64,000 nt of DNA from Malacoraja senta (lineage: Eukaryota). The position numbers and the translations under genes are program-made. Of this stretch, positions 52,664 to 64,000 are shown piece by piece (positions within the stretch are counted from its first letter, which is position 1; each line of letters begins with the position of its first letter). The stretch lies in the NCBI GenBank assembly GCA_038087875.1, contig JAXLNO010000599.1, positions 62,001 to 126,000 on the forward strand. The letters are read 5' to 3'. The notes below the pieces were generated by a model that ran no database searches, was not told the DNA's origin, and saw only the letters and a list, made by a program, of their open reading frames with translations.

Positions 52664-53137
52664 CTAGACCAAGTGCAGACCCGTTGGGTCTGGACACCGA
52701 ACGTGCGTTTGCGGGTGGGCGGGGGGGGGGGGGGCTGTGGCATCACACTAACCACCCCCTTTCCTCCAAAGCACGGTTGCGGGGTGGGAATCTGGCACCC
52801 ACAAACACACACACTCATCACACCCCTTGATATTATCTTAATTTTTAAATTTTATTCTTTTATCCCATCTTCACCCTATCCACTGACGAATAGCCCTCAC
52901 CTCTCAGGTGCGTCTCGAGGGGGGGGGGCAGAGAGTGAAAATGTAATGTTATTTTAAAAAAAAATTGTGATGAGGGGGAGGAGGAGGGTGGAGAGGAAGG
53001 GGGGAGAGGAAGGTCGGGAGAGAGGAGGGGGAGAGAGGAGAGGGGTGGTGAGAGGAAGGAGAGGATGGGGGAGAGAGGTGAAGGGGGGGTTGGAGCGGGC
53101 GTGCATGAGTTGAGCCGCGGGCTGTGAAGCGAGAAGG

Positions 53138-53181
<44 letters not shown>

Positions 53182-54711
53182 GAGAGACTGAGAGACTGGT
53201 ACACAAAAAAAAGCTGGAGAAACACAGCGGGTGCAGCAGCATCTATGGAGCGAAGGAAATATGCAACTCTTTTAGCCGAAACCCATCCTCAGACGGGTTT
53301 TGTCCCGAAACGTTTCCTATTTCCTTTGATCCATAGATGCTCCTGCACCCGCTGAGGTTTTGCAGTTTTTTTTTGTGTACCTTCGATTTTCCAGCATCTG
53401 CAGTTCCGTCTTAAAGACAGAGAGACTGTTGGCGGGCTGTTTTCCCAACGCGCATTTGTGGGAAGGGGGGGGGCTGCGGCATCACACTCACACTAACCAC
53501 CCCCCAAACACAGGCGGGGAGAAGAAGACGGGGTGGGGAGAGAAGAGGGGAGAGGGAGACGGGGTGGGGAGAGAAGAGGAGAGGGGGAGGGAGGGGAGAG
53601 GGGGAGCAGGAAAGGGGAGAGATTGGTGAGGGAGAAGAGAGCAGGGTGGGGGAGAGGGAGGGGGAGGAGAGTGGGGAGTGGTAGGAGAGCGGGGAGGGCA
53701 GGAAGGGGGGAGAGGGGTGGAGGGGATGTTAGAGGTGGAGAGAGGGGATGAGGGGAAGGGGATGAGGGGAAAGGGAGAGGAGTAGGGGGAAGAGAGGGAG
53801 AGAGGGAGGGTTGAGGGAGAGAGGTGGGGGAGGGAGAGGGGAAGAGTGGGGAGTGAGGGGCAGAGGGGTAGCAGGGAGTGGTGCAAGAGAGAGGGGAATG
53901 GGGTGGGGTGGAGATGGGGGTGAAGAGGGGTAGTGGAGGGGGAAGAGAGGGGGTGGGAGGGGAGGGAGAGGAGAGAGGGGGAAGAGTGGGGAGGGAGAGT
54001 GGAAGTAGGAGGGGTAGGGACAGTCCATCTGTTCCCCATTCCCTATCACCCCAAATCCTCTTTCTCTATTCCCACACACGTGACGACACCCTTCGACAGA
54101 GGATGCGGGGGTGGGGGGAGGGGCTGGGGCTGTGGCTTTTGCAAAGGCATATGTAAATGGATCCATTCCGATTTGTCATCTGTGAGCATTGGGCATTGTG
54201 ACATCACAAAACAGAACCTTCATTAACATTCTATTGCTGAGAGCTGTTTTTTTAACATTTTGAAATTTCCCCATTCCCTATCACCCCCACACACGTGACG
54301 ACGCCCTTCGACACAGACTGTGGGGTTCGGGGGAGGGGCTGGGGCTGCTGCAAAGGCATATGTAAATGGATCCATTCCGATTGGACATGTGTGAGCATCG
54401 GGCATTGTGACATCACACAATGGAAACTTCACTAACATTCTATGGCTGAGAGCTGTTTTTTTAAACATTTTGAAATGTTGGGGGGGGGGAGAAGTATTTT
54501 ATTATAAAAAGTGTACATAAACACGATCAAATTTAATCAGGAGTGGCTATTTGTAAAGATAAATGAAATCTCTTTAGAAATGGTAAAAAATATCGGCGTT
54601 TCCGCGTGCGGTGTGGGCCTAGGGCCGTATCAAAGAGGCTTGGTGGCACAAGTCAGGCGGACTGCCGGACGGATGGCAGCCACAGAGTTTTAATATAATA
54701 TAGAAGATAGA
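52664..54711 (-). mobile_element. Complete non-autonomous Helitron (2048 bp)
   Basis: Minus strand 5'-TC..hairpin GACCC-AAC-GGGTC..CTAG-3', inserted between A and T with no TSD. Removal restores the L1 frame YNSI-LNRELPSTE (YNSILDIDLPSTE in the other L1 copy). Confidence 0.93.
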
Positions 54712-55481
54712 TATTAAATAGAGAATTACCCTCAACAGAGGCACTAAGAGAAGATTGGGAACATGAACTAATGGTAAAGATCCCGAAAGATAGATGGGAA
54801 AAGTATCTGATGAACACACATAATTGTTCCATTAATGCAAGACATAATTTAATTCAATTTAAATTATTACATAGACTATATTATTCAAAAACGATGTTGA
54901 ATACATTCTACCCAAACGTCTCTCCCAGATGCGATAAATGTTTGTTTCAAAATGCCAATATAACACATTCATTTGTAGGATGTACAAAGTTGAATAAATT
55001 TTGGAGCGATATATTTGATATATTTACAAAGCTCTTCAAGTCAAGAATAGAACCTAATACGGAATGGATTATATTTGGAATAATAGTAGAAGATATCAAT
55101 TTAAACAAAGACCAAAAAGTATTCTTTAATTATGGGTTAATAATTGGAAAGAAATTGATACTTACATTTTGGAAAAATACAGCTATACCAACTATTAAAA
55201 TGTGGATTAGGAATATGACGGACATAGCACACCTTGAAGAAATGAGACTCCGCCTAATAGATAAATATGACCAATTCTTAAGGAGTTGGTCCCCTTTCCT
55301 CGACTTTTTGGAATCATGTGATGCAGCACTACCGTAAAGATTACTGAATTCAGGTCAGGTCGTGGATAGATTTACATCTCCGAACAAAGATTTGAAAATT
55401 TCTTTTTTAAGGGCCTTTTTCTACTATTTCTACTTTCTACTTTTTCTTTTCTTATATACACACTTCACGTTTTTCTATTTT

Positions 55482-55948
55482 CTTTTTTTTTAAATTTATT
55501 TATTTTTTAATTTGTATTTTATTAGAAGTACATTACATTACAACCACATACATTAGTACTTGTCATTTATATCTTCTTACAATTAATGTACTCCATTTAT
55601 TTTTTACACTAGAAAAGGAAAAGATTGAAAGAAAGAAGAAAGTGAAGGAAAAAGTGAAAGTGTAGGAAATGTGACAACAAAAAAGGACGAAGACCCTATA
55701 AGAGCAAAATTAAAAACAAAAGAAAAAGAGTTAAGAAATAGACCCTAGGAAAGAAAGAAAGAGAGAAAGAGGAAAAAGAGAGAAACAAATATTTTTATGA
55801 GCATTACGTAAATGGGACATACCAACTCTTCAACTATCATCCCCCCTTACCTGACCTCAATTTTTTTTTTTTTTAAGTACTTTTGCACCCTATGTTTGTA
55901 ATAATTCTATAAATGCAGACCACGTCAGGTGGAAATGATCTGGTTTTG
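55482..55948 (-). mobile_element. Antisense L1-like 3' end inside the L1 3' UTR
   Basis: Poly-T run with TTTATTAGAAGT (reverse of the L1 ACTTCTAATAAA end); approximate TCTATTTT duplication at the flanks. Confidence 0.65.
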
Positions 55949-56377
55949 TCTATTTTTTACTATCTATTTTTCCTCTTTTTCTTCTCTCTAATTTTTGTTT
56001 TTTTTACTTCCTTTTCAAAAACATAAAACTAGAGGTTGTACATAGAATGTATTACATTATGACATAGTTGGCACCTAAAATTAGGTACCACTGTATTGTT
56101 TTGTATTGTATTAACTTCTAATAAAATAAACAAAAAAAATAAAGCGCAAGGAGCTCCCGATCAAACGCAAAGTACTTCCGCTCAGCTGGGCTCAGGTGCC
56201 GACTGAAAAAGGCGAGAGGCTGCCAGCGCCCATCCATCAACTGCTCGAGTATGCCCCCTACAGCAGTGTCAGAAGTGTCAACCATCAGGGCAGTCGGAGC
56301 ATCAACTCGCGGTTGGGCCAACATCGTCGCATTCGCCAGCGCCTCCGTTGCGCCCTCAAACGCAGCCGTGGCCTCAT

Positions 56378-56814
56378 CAAGCTCTTATTTGTTTACAAAG
56401 CCCTTAACGGGCTTGCCCCACCCTATATCAAAAATCTTCTAACCAACCATTCTACCTCCAGGTCCCTCAGGTCGGCCGACTTGGGGCTACTGACTATCCC
56501 GCCGTCTAGGATTAAACTCAGGGGTGACCGCTCTTTTGCGGTTGCAGCACCTAAACTGTGGAATAGCATCCCACTCCTCATCAGAACTGCCCCCAACATC
56601 GACTCCTTTAAGTCGCGACTCAAAACCTATTTCTACTCCCAAGCATTTTTGAGCTCCTCTGATGGGGCACTGTAAACAGTTTATGTGTGTATTGTTAGGT
56701 CTGTCTACCGTTGTATGTATCAAATTAGTACCTGCACAGATGTGAAGCACTTTGGTCAACGTGAGTTGTTTTTAAAGGTGCTATACAAATAAATGTATTA
56801 TTATTATTATTATC
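56378..56814 (+). mobile_element. L2 LINE 3' end with (TAT)n tail
   Basis: KLLFVYKALNGLAPPYI..RSLRS..GDRSFAVAAPKLWNSIP..FKSRLKTYF. Confidence 0.9.
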
Positions 56815-57005
56815 ATCCCAAAGCAGGTCACGCCGCTTGCTGGACATGAACCTAAACAATGGCCGCATAATCCCAGTAGCCGCGGGCACGAACAATGGTA
56901 AAAATTGACCATCCTGACAAATTCCTGCAGGCCACGCACCATGGATGGTCGAGGAAAATGCCGAATGGGGTCAACCGTACTCGGGAGCGGCACCACCTCC
57001 TGTGG

Positions 57006-57480
57006 TGTAACAGTGCCCCAGAAAAGTGATAGAACTCAGACCAAACTGATACTTTGCAAGGTTGACGGCCAGTCCATATTCACTGAGACGCTGACACAGC
57101 AAATGGATGTGGGCGCAGTGCACCTGACGAGAGCGACTGGTGACGGTCCTAAACTTACCCCCCTTAGTCTGGTTCAGTCAAACACCGAATACGAGCACTG
57201 GAAATCCAACTCTCTTTTATTACACAATACCAATACTAATACAATACCTAATCCAATACCGCGCGTCCGATTCTTGTCTCTACTTATTCGAGCCCAACTT
57301 ATTCGAGCCTCGGCAAATAGAACAAACCCCAGTAGATCAGCACATTCCAATGTGCTCTCCAGAAGATCGGCACATCCCAATGTACTCTCCCCTCTTTTAT
57401 ACCTTTGCAGCCCTTTGGCGCGAAAATACATGGGGGGGGAGGGGGCAACCCCTACAAGCCAATTATCGATAAGGGTTACA
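57006..57480 (-). mobile_element. Probable LTR (TGTAAC..GTTACA) with TATA box and poly(A) signal
   Basis: Inverted terminal TGTAAC/GTTACA; minus-strand TATAAAA at 57395-57401 and AATAAA at 57216-57221. No TSD found, so boundaries are uncertain. Confidence 0.5.
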
Positions 57481-57918
57481 AAATACATTGAATGACAGTT
57501 CCCTAACCCAATCATAAAATATCACATAACATAGTTTCAACATAAAGCAATAAGGGGGAAACAATTCTATTAGGTAAAGAAACATTCTCCCACGTAAAGT
57601 AAACATCTTGGGTAAGGCCCTCTCCTGGACCAATCATAATGAGCGGCGGGAAGACTATGCAACATAGTCTGCAACATTATTGTAACCTATCATTTCCCCA
57701 ACCAATCCCAAGCATGCATTTGCAACAGGACCTAGCTCCTTCTGCAAAATCTCATACATAATAACAATTAAAGGCCATCTGGACATCAACCTCTATTCAA
57801 TCCCTTCCCAGGCCACAGACTCTCTGGAGTCGTGATCCTCATGGACTTTACAGCTTTTGCAAAATATGACAAGCAGGTTTCACAGAATCAGAAATCCTCC
57901 ATTTTGTCAAGCTCCCAA

Positions 57919-57920
<2 letters not shown>

Positions 57921-57989
<69 letters not shown>

Positions 57990-58678
57990 TTTATTTGTAT
58001 AGCACATTTAAAAACAACTCACGTTGACCAAAGTGCTGTACATCAGATACAATGGTACACAGACCTAACAATACATACATACAAACTGTTTACAGCGCCT
58101 CCTCAGAGGGACTTAAAAATGCTAGGGAGTAGAAATAGGTTTTGGGCCTCAACATAAAGGAGTCGATGGAAGGGGCAGTTCTGATGAGGAGAGGGATGCT
58201 GTTCCACAGTCTAGGAGCTGCAACCACAAAAGCGCGGTCACCCTGAGCTTAAACCTAGACCGCGGGATAGTCAGTAGCCCCAAGTCGGCCGACCTGAGGG
58301 ACCTGGAGTAGAATGGTGGGTTAGAAGATTTTTGATATGGGGGGGGGGGACAAACCCGTTAAGGGCTTTGTATACGAATAAGAGGAGCTTGAAGTTGATT
58401 CTGTACCGTACTGGGAGCCAGTGGAGAGAGGCCAGAATCGGGGTGATGTGGTCCCTTTTACGGGTACCCGTCAGAAGTCTCGCTGCGGCGTTTTGAACCA
58501 ATTGCAGGCGGGACAGGGATGATTGGCTGATGCCAGTGTATAGGGGGTTGCAGCAGTCAAGGCGGGAGGAGATGAATGCGTGGATGATTTTTTTCAAGGT
58601 CGTCGAATTGGAGGAATGGTTTGATTTTAGCTATGGTACGAAGCTGGAAGAAACCAGCTTTTACCACAGAGTTGACTT
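57921..58678 (-). mobile_element. L2 LINE 3' end with (TTGA)n tail
   Basis: IIHAFISSRLD.CN..LQLVQNAAARLLTG..HITP.L.SLHWLPV; (TCAA)n at 57921-57987. Confidence 0.92.
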
Positions 58679-58927
58679 ACAATCACAGCACGTTTGACAT
58701 CAATTGACCAATCACGCGCTTTGTTTCATGCCAGCTAGGCAGTGAGCACACTGGGATCATGGCTGCCTCCTAATAGCAAGGTTTCGAAGGATGAAAGGTA
58801 ATGCTAACATTTTGTTTTACAACTGATTTATCTTTGTAAAGTTATGATGAACTGTGAAAATAAAATGATGAATAAAAATGTAGAGCTAGGGTTAGGAATA
58901 AGATTAGGGTTAGGGTTAGGGTTGGGG

Positions 58928-59490
58928 CAGGCATCGGCAACCTGTGGCCCATGGGTCAGATCCTGCCCGTAACCCAAAAACATCCAGCCCGCAGGCGTAT
59001 TTTTTTTTCTGAGAACTTCCGTGACAGAGCCAGCTGAGCAGCAAGGGGGCAGAGAGGGGTCAGTCAATCGGTTGGGCTGTTGGCCGGCCGGTGGGTGCAG
59101 TGAGAGAGAGACGGGACCAGGGCCTCTACTGACCTCCCCCCCCTCCGGGGAGATGGCAGACAAGTTACTGTGAGGAGGGGAGAGAGGAGTTTGTGAGTGG
59201 GGCGGGAGAGGGCGCAATGCAGGAAGGGGCGTCACTGCCCCGGTTGAGTGACATGAGTGGAGGGCAATCTGCGTGGCGCTGACTGATGAATCTGCGCATG
59301 CGAGGTTTATACGATTTTTAACAATAACTTTTGTATTATACCACTGATCGGAACAAAATGTGTTGCACTTGCAGCACAGGAGAATGGTGAGTAAGGTGGC
59401 GAAAAAATGTAGCACTATCGGGTACTGTTTTTGCGCATATGTAAAAACAACGCAAACCGGAAGAGCACCAGATCAGAGTTTTAGTTATGT
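58928..59490. mobile_element. hAT-like terminal fragment followed by a Helitron 5' segment (minus strand)
   Basis: CAGGCATCGGCAACCTGTGGCCC is a hAT-type end. 59280-59490 is the reverse homolog of 4190-4215 and 4560-4700. Confidence 0.55.
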
Positions 59491-59642
59491 AATAATAATA
59501 ATAATAATGGATTTTATTTACGGGCGCCTTATACCGAGGTCTCAAGGACACCATACAGAGATTTATAGAAAACATATAATCAGAATTTAAAAAAAAATAG
59601 GTTATAAAGACCAATACATAAATCAGGGACAGAATTCCAGGT

Positions 59643-61114
59643 CCAGACTAACAGGGACCTGTTGGGTCCCATTCTCACACGGGAGGCCTGGTTCCCAACG
59701 CAATATTCCACCACTCACGCATAGCCTCTAACTGCACAGACGCGGCTGATGGGTTCCCGTTGTAATGCCCCTGATCCCCCTCCTCCCCTCACCCCCCACT
59801 CCGCCCCTTGCCCTTCCCTGCAATATTCCACGCACATTCCATCTCCCCTCAATCCCCCCCATTCACTCTTAGCGGCTCAGCGGCGGCACAGCTATTCCCG
59901 CACATTAGGTTCCCATTGTGACGTAGAACACACAGGTATTACTGAGCAGGCGCAGCTGACAAGCAGAACAAATGAAAAGGGGATTTATTAAAGCTTAAAA
60001 TGTGAATAACTCTTAAAATATGGCCTGCCCCTGCCGCTGCCTACCGCTGCCGCTGGCATGGCCTACCGCTGTGTGGCGGGGTGGGTGTGTGGCGGGGGGG
60101 TGGGGTGGGAGGGTTGTGGGGGAGTGTGGGGTGGGAGGGTTGTGGGGGAGTGTGGGGATGTGGGGTTGTGTGGGAGGGGGCGTGTGGGGGGAGGGTGATG
60201 TGGGGGACGGGGGGTGGGGTGTGGGGGAGGGGGTGTATGGGGGAGTGTGTGTGTGGGGGAGGGGGGTGGGGGAAGAGGGTTTTGGGGGAGGGGGTGTGTG
60301 GGGGGAGGGGGGTGTGGGAGAGGGGGAGGTGGGAAAGGGGGGTATGGGGGGAGGGGATGGGTGTGTGGGCGGGAGGCATGTGGGGGTAGGGGGGTTTGTG
60401 GGCTGGGGGGTGTGTGGGGGGGAGGGGGGATAGTGGTGGTAGGGGAGGGGGTGTTTGTGGGAGGGGGAGGGTGTGTGTGGTAGGAGGGGAGGGGGGGTTT
60501 GGGAGGGGAGGAGGCGGGTGTGTGGGCTCAGCGGCTCCTGGCCCCGGCTCCGACCGCACTCCCCGGCTCTGGACATACTCAACGGCTCCCGTCCCCGGCT
60601 CCGGACATACTCAACGGCTCCCGTCCCCGGCTCCTGTCGCACTCAGCGGCTCCTGGCCCCAGCTGCACTCAGCGGCTCCTGGCTCGTCGTGGTGATCTCC
60701 GCCGCCGCCCGCGGTCACAGCCCCGCCCACGGAACACAGCCCCCGCCCTCCCGTGAACACAGCTCCTGCCCGCCTGCGAAAACAGCTCCCGCCCACGAAC
60801 ACAGCTCCTGCCCGCGAACACAATTCGCACCCGCGAGCACAGCCCCCGCCCACACTCTGCTCACTCTGCTCCTTCAGCTTTATTCTCGCCGCCAGTGATT
60901 GCCATCGGGTGCCGGAAGTGTCGTTGCTGTGCCGGCGAGAAGAGAGGAGAGAAGACCAATAATTTTTGTGACATTTCACCGATCGGAAAACGTGCAGCAC
61001 AGGAGAATGGCGAGTAAGGTGGCAAAAAATTGTTGCGCTATCGGATGCCGTTTTTGCGCAAATTTGAAAACATTACAAACTGGAAGAGGACAAGATGAAA
61101 GTTTTATAAGTAAA
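59643..61114 (-). mobile_element. Non-autonomous Helitron with G-rich and minisatellite interior
   Basis: Minus 3' end GGGACCCAACAGGTCCC..CTGG; 5' region 60970-61110 homologous to other copies. Confidence 0.7.
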
Positions 61115-64000
61115 CTAGACCAAGTGCAGACCCGTTGGGTCTGGACACCAAACGTGCGTTTTGCGGGTGGGGGGGGGGGAGGTGCTGTGGCGTCACACTA
61201 ACCACCCCCTTTTCCTCCAAAGCACGGTTGCGGGGTGGGAATCTGGCACCCACAAACACACACACTCATCACAACCCTTGATATTATCTTAATTTTTAAA
61301 TTTGCTTCTTTTATCCCATCTCCACCCTATCCACTGACGAATAGCCCTCACCTCTCAGGTGCGTCTAGAGGGGGTGGGGGGGGGGCAGAGAGAGAAAATT
61401 TAATGTTAGAATTTAAAAAATTTGAAGAGGGGGAGGAGGAGGGTGGAGAGGAAGGGGTAGAGAGGAACGGGGTAGAGGAAGGGGGAGAGAGAGGCGGGTG
61501 TGGAGAGAGGAAGGAGAGGATGTGGGAGATAGGTGAAGGGGGGGTTTGAGCGGGTGTTCATGAGTTGAGCTGCGGCTGTGAAGAGAGAAGGGCAGAGAGA
61601 GAGAGAGAGGGAGAGACAGAGAGACTGGTACACCAAAAAAAGCTGGTGAAACTCAGCGGGTGCAGCAGCATCTGTGGAGCGAAGGAAATAGGCAATGTTT
61701 GTGGCCGAAACCCATCTTCAGACGTGTTTTGTTATGAAACATTGCCTATTTCCTTTGATCCAAAGATGCTGCTGCACCGGCTGAGTTTATACTTCATTTT
61801 TTTGTTTACCTTGCGTTTGGGGGGGGTGGCTGCGGCTGCGGCATCACACTCACACTAACCACCCCCCAAACACACAGGTGGGGGGAGGGGGGGAGAGGGG
61901 GACGGGGTTGGGGAGGGGAGGGGGGAGACGGGGTGGGGAGAGAAGAGGGGAGGGAGGGGAGGGAGGGGAGAGGGGGATGGAGGGGAGAGGGGGAGGAGGA
62001 AAGGGGAGAGATTGGGGAGGGAGAGGAGATCACGGTGGGTGAGAGCGAGGGGAGGAGAGTGGGGAGTGGGAGGAGAGCGGGGAGGGCAGGAAGGGGGGAC
62101 AGGGGGGGAGGGGATGAGGGGAAGAGGAGAGGAGTAGGGGGAAGAGAGGGATAGAGGGAGGGGGAGGGAGAGAGGTGGCGGAGTGAGAGGGGAAGAGTGG
62201 AGATTGAAGGGCAGTGGGGGAGCGGGGAGAGGTGCAAGAGAGAGGGGAAGGGGGTGGGGGGTAGATGGGGGTGAAGAGGGGGTGGTGGAGGGGGAAGAGA
62301 GGGGGGTGGGAGGGAGGGAGGGGGAGAGGAGAGAGGGGAAAGAGTGGGGAGGGAGAGTTGAAGTAGGAGGGGTAGGGACAGTCCATCTGTTTCCCATTCC
62401 CTATCACCCCCAATCCTCTTTCTCTATTGCCACACACGTGATGAAGCCTTCGACACAGTCTGCGGGGGTGGGGGGGAGGGGCTGGGGCTGTGGCTGCTGC
62501 AAAGGCATATGTAAACGGTCCATTTCGATTTGACATCTTTGAGCATTGGGCATTGTGACATCACAAAACTGAACCTTCATTAACATTCTAGTGCTGAGAG
62601 CTGATTAAGACGGAACTGCAGATGCTTGAAAATCAAAGGTACACAAGAAAAACCTGTATAACCTCAGCGGGTGCAGCAGCATCTATGGAGCGAAGGAAAT
62701 AGGCAACGCTTTGGGCTGAAGACCATCCTTAGATGGGTTTTCTCCTGAAACGTTGCCTATTTCATTCCATCCATAGATGCTGCTGCACCCACTGAGGTTA
62801 TACAGGTTTTTCTTGTGTACCTTTGATTTTCCAGCATCTGCAATTCCGTCTTAAAGACAGAGGGACTGTTGGCGGGCTGTTTTCCCAATGCGTGTTTGCG
62901 GGAGGGGGGGAGCTGCGGCATCACACTCACACTAACCACCCCCCAAACTCACACTAACCACCCCAAACACACTCGGGGAATGGGGGGAGGGGGGAGAGGA
63001 AGACGGGGTGGAGAGGGAGACGGGGTGGGGAGAGAAGAGGAGAGGGGGAGGGAGGGGAGAGGGGGAGGAGGAATGGGAGAGATTGGTGAGGGAGAAGAGA
63101 GCAGGGTAGGGGAGAGGGAAGGGGAGGAGAGTGGGGAGTGGGAGGAGAGCGGTGAGGGCAGGAAGGGGGGAGAGGTGGGGAGGGGATGTTAGAGGTGGAG
63201 AGAGGGGATGAGGGGAAGGGGAGAGGAGTAGGGGGAGAGAGGGAGAGAGGGAGGGGGAGGGAGAGGGGAAGAGTGGTGAGTGAGGGGCAGAGGGGTAGCG
63301 GGGTGTGGTGCAAGAGAGAGGGAAGGGGGTGGGGGGGAGATGGGGGTGAAGAGGGGTGGTGGAGGGGGAAGAGAGGGTGTGGGAGGGGAGGGTGCGGGAG
63401 AGGAGGGAGGGGGAAGAGTGGGGAGGGAGAGTTGAAGTATGAGGGGTAGGGACAGTCCATCTGTTCCCCATTCCCTATCACCCCCAATCCTTGGGTTGGT
63501 GGGGGTGATAGGGAATTGGGCTGCGGGTGTGGGGGGGAGGGGCTGGGGCTGTGGCTGCTGCAAAGGCATATGTAAACGGATTCATTCTGATTTTTCACAC
63601 GTGTCGAAGGGCGTCGCCACGTGTGTGGGGGTTATAGGGAATGGGGAAATCTCAAAATGTTTTTAAAAAAAACAGCTCTCAGCAATAGAATGTAAATGAT
63701 GGTTCCGTTTTGTGATGTCACAATGCCCAATGCTCACAATTTCCCCATTCCCTATCACCCCCACACACGTGGCGACGCCCTTCGACACAGGCTGCGGGGG
63801 TTGGGAGGGAGGGGCTGGGGCTGGGGCTGCTGCAAAGGCATATGTAAATGGATCCATTCCGATTGGACATCTGTGACCATTGTGCATTGTGACATCACAC
63901 AACAGAATCTTTACTAACATTCTATGGCTGAGCTGTTTTTTTCAACATTTTGAAATGTTTGGTTTGGGGGGGGGAGAAGTATTTTATTTAAAAAAGTGTA
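61115..64000 (-). mobile_element. Non-autonomous Helitron, same family as 52664-54711, with internal ~1-kb duplication; runs off the window
   Basis: A|CTAGACCAAGTGCAGACCCGTTGGGTC terminus and collinear similarity to 52664-54515. Duplicated blocks at about 61830-62600 and 62890-63590. Confidence 0.88.

Larger units (their letters stand above)
51103..56139 (+). mobile_element. 5'-truncated L1-clade LINE interrupted by a Helitron and an antisense L1 tail
   Basis: ORFs 51178.. and 54771..55337 are related to the 40305 copy. 16-bp TSD TAAAGCGCAAGGAGCT at 51087-51102 and 56140-56155. Confidence 0.93.
50613..57003 (-). pseudogene. Gypsy pol fragment (RT thumb, RNase H, linker) broken by L1 and L2 insertions
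   Basis: GLQEF..MVNFYH (56880-56996), VDTSDTAVGG.L.Q..PLAFFSR.L...E.KY..FDRELLALY (56140-56330), DHKPL and AGKSN..ADALSR (50850-51030). Confidence 0.85.

Noticed and set aside
51178..52830. Intact 550-aa protein gene
   Set aside because: It is a 5'-truncated L1 ORF2 segment whose last ~55 residues are read-through into the Helitron.
58887..58925. Interstitial telomere
   Set aside because: Only about three perfect TTAGGG units; such short runs are common near transposon ends.
60013..63666. Many Pro/Ser-rich or Gly/Glu/Arg-rich ORFs (also 52860-54226 and 4689-5577)
   Set aside because: They are stop-poor low-complexity tracts inside Helitrons with no domain signal.

Overview
This is eukaryotic vertebrate DNA, not prokaryotic. 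The repeat inventory (HE1-like V-SINEs, CR1 LINEs with octamer tails, abundant Penelope elements) suggests a cartilaginous fish such as a skate or ray; this is inference. I found no host protein-coding exon I can support. The window is a dense, nested field of transposable elements: CR1, L2, Rex1/Babar, RTEX-like, L1/Tx1, Vingi/Ingi and Penelope retroposons, a complete but decayed DIRS1-type element, a young internally deleted Gypsy element, a decayed PIF/Harbinger transposon with two MITEs, and several non-autonomous Helitrons. The most notable observation is a 195-bp TSD-flanked retroposon (26392-26586, minus strand). Its 5' end is an HDV-like ribozyme fold that closely parallels the mammalian CPEB3 ribozyme, it starts exactly at the predicted cleavage G, and it ends in a (GAA)n tail like that of a Vingi/Ingi LINE fragment in the same window. 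Also notable are hammerhead-like motifs in Penelope ends, some carried as long palindromes inside Helitrons. All calls are from manual reading; boundaries of old fragments are approximate.
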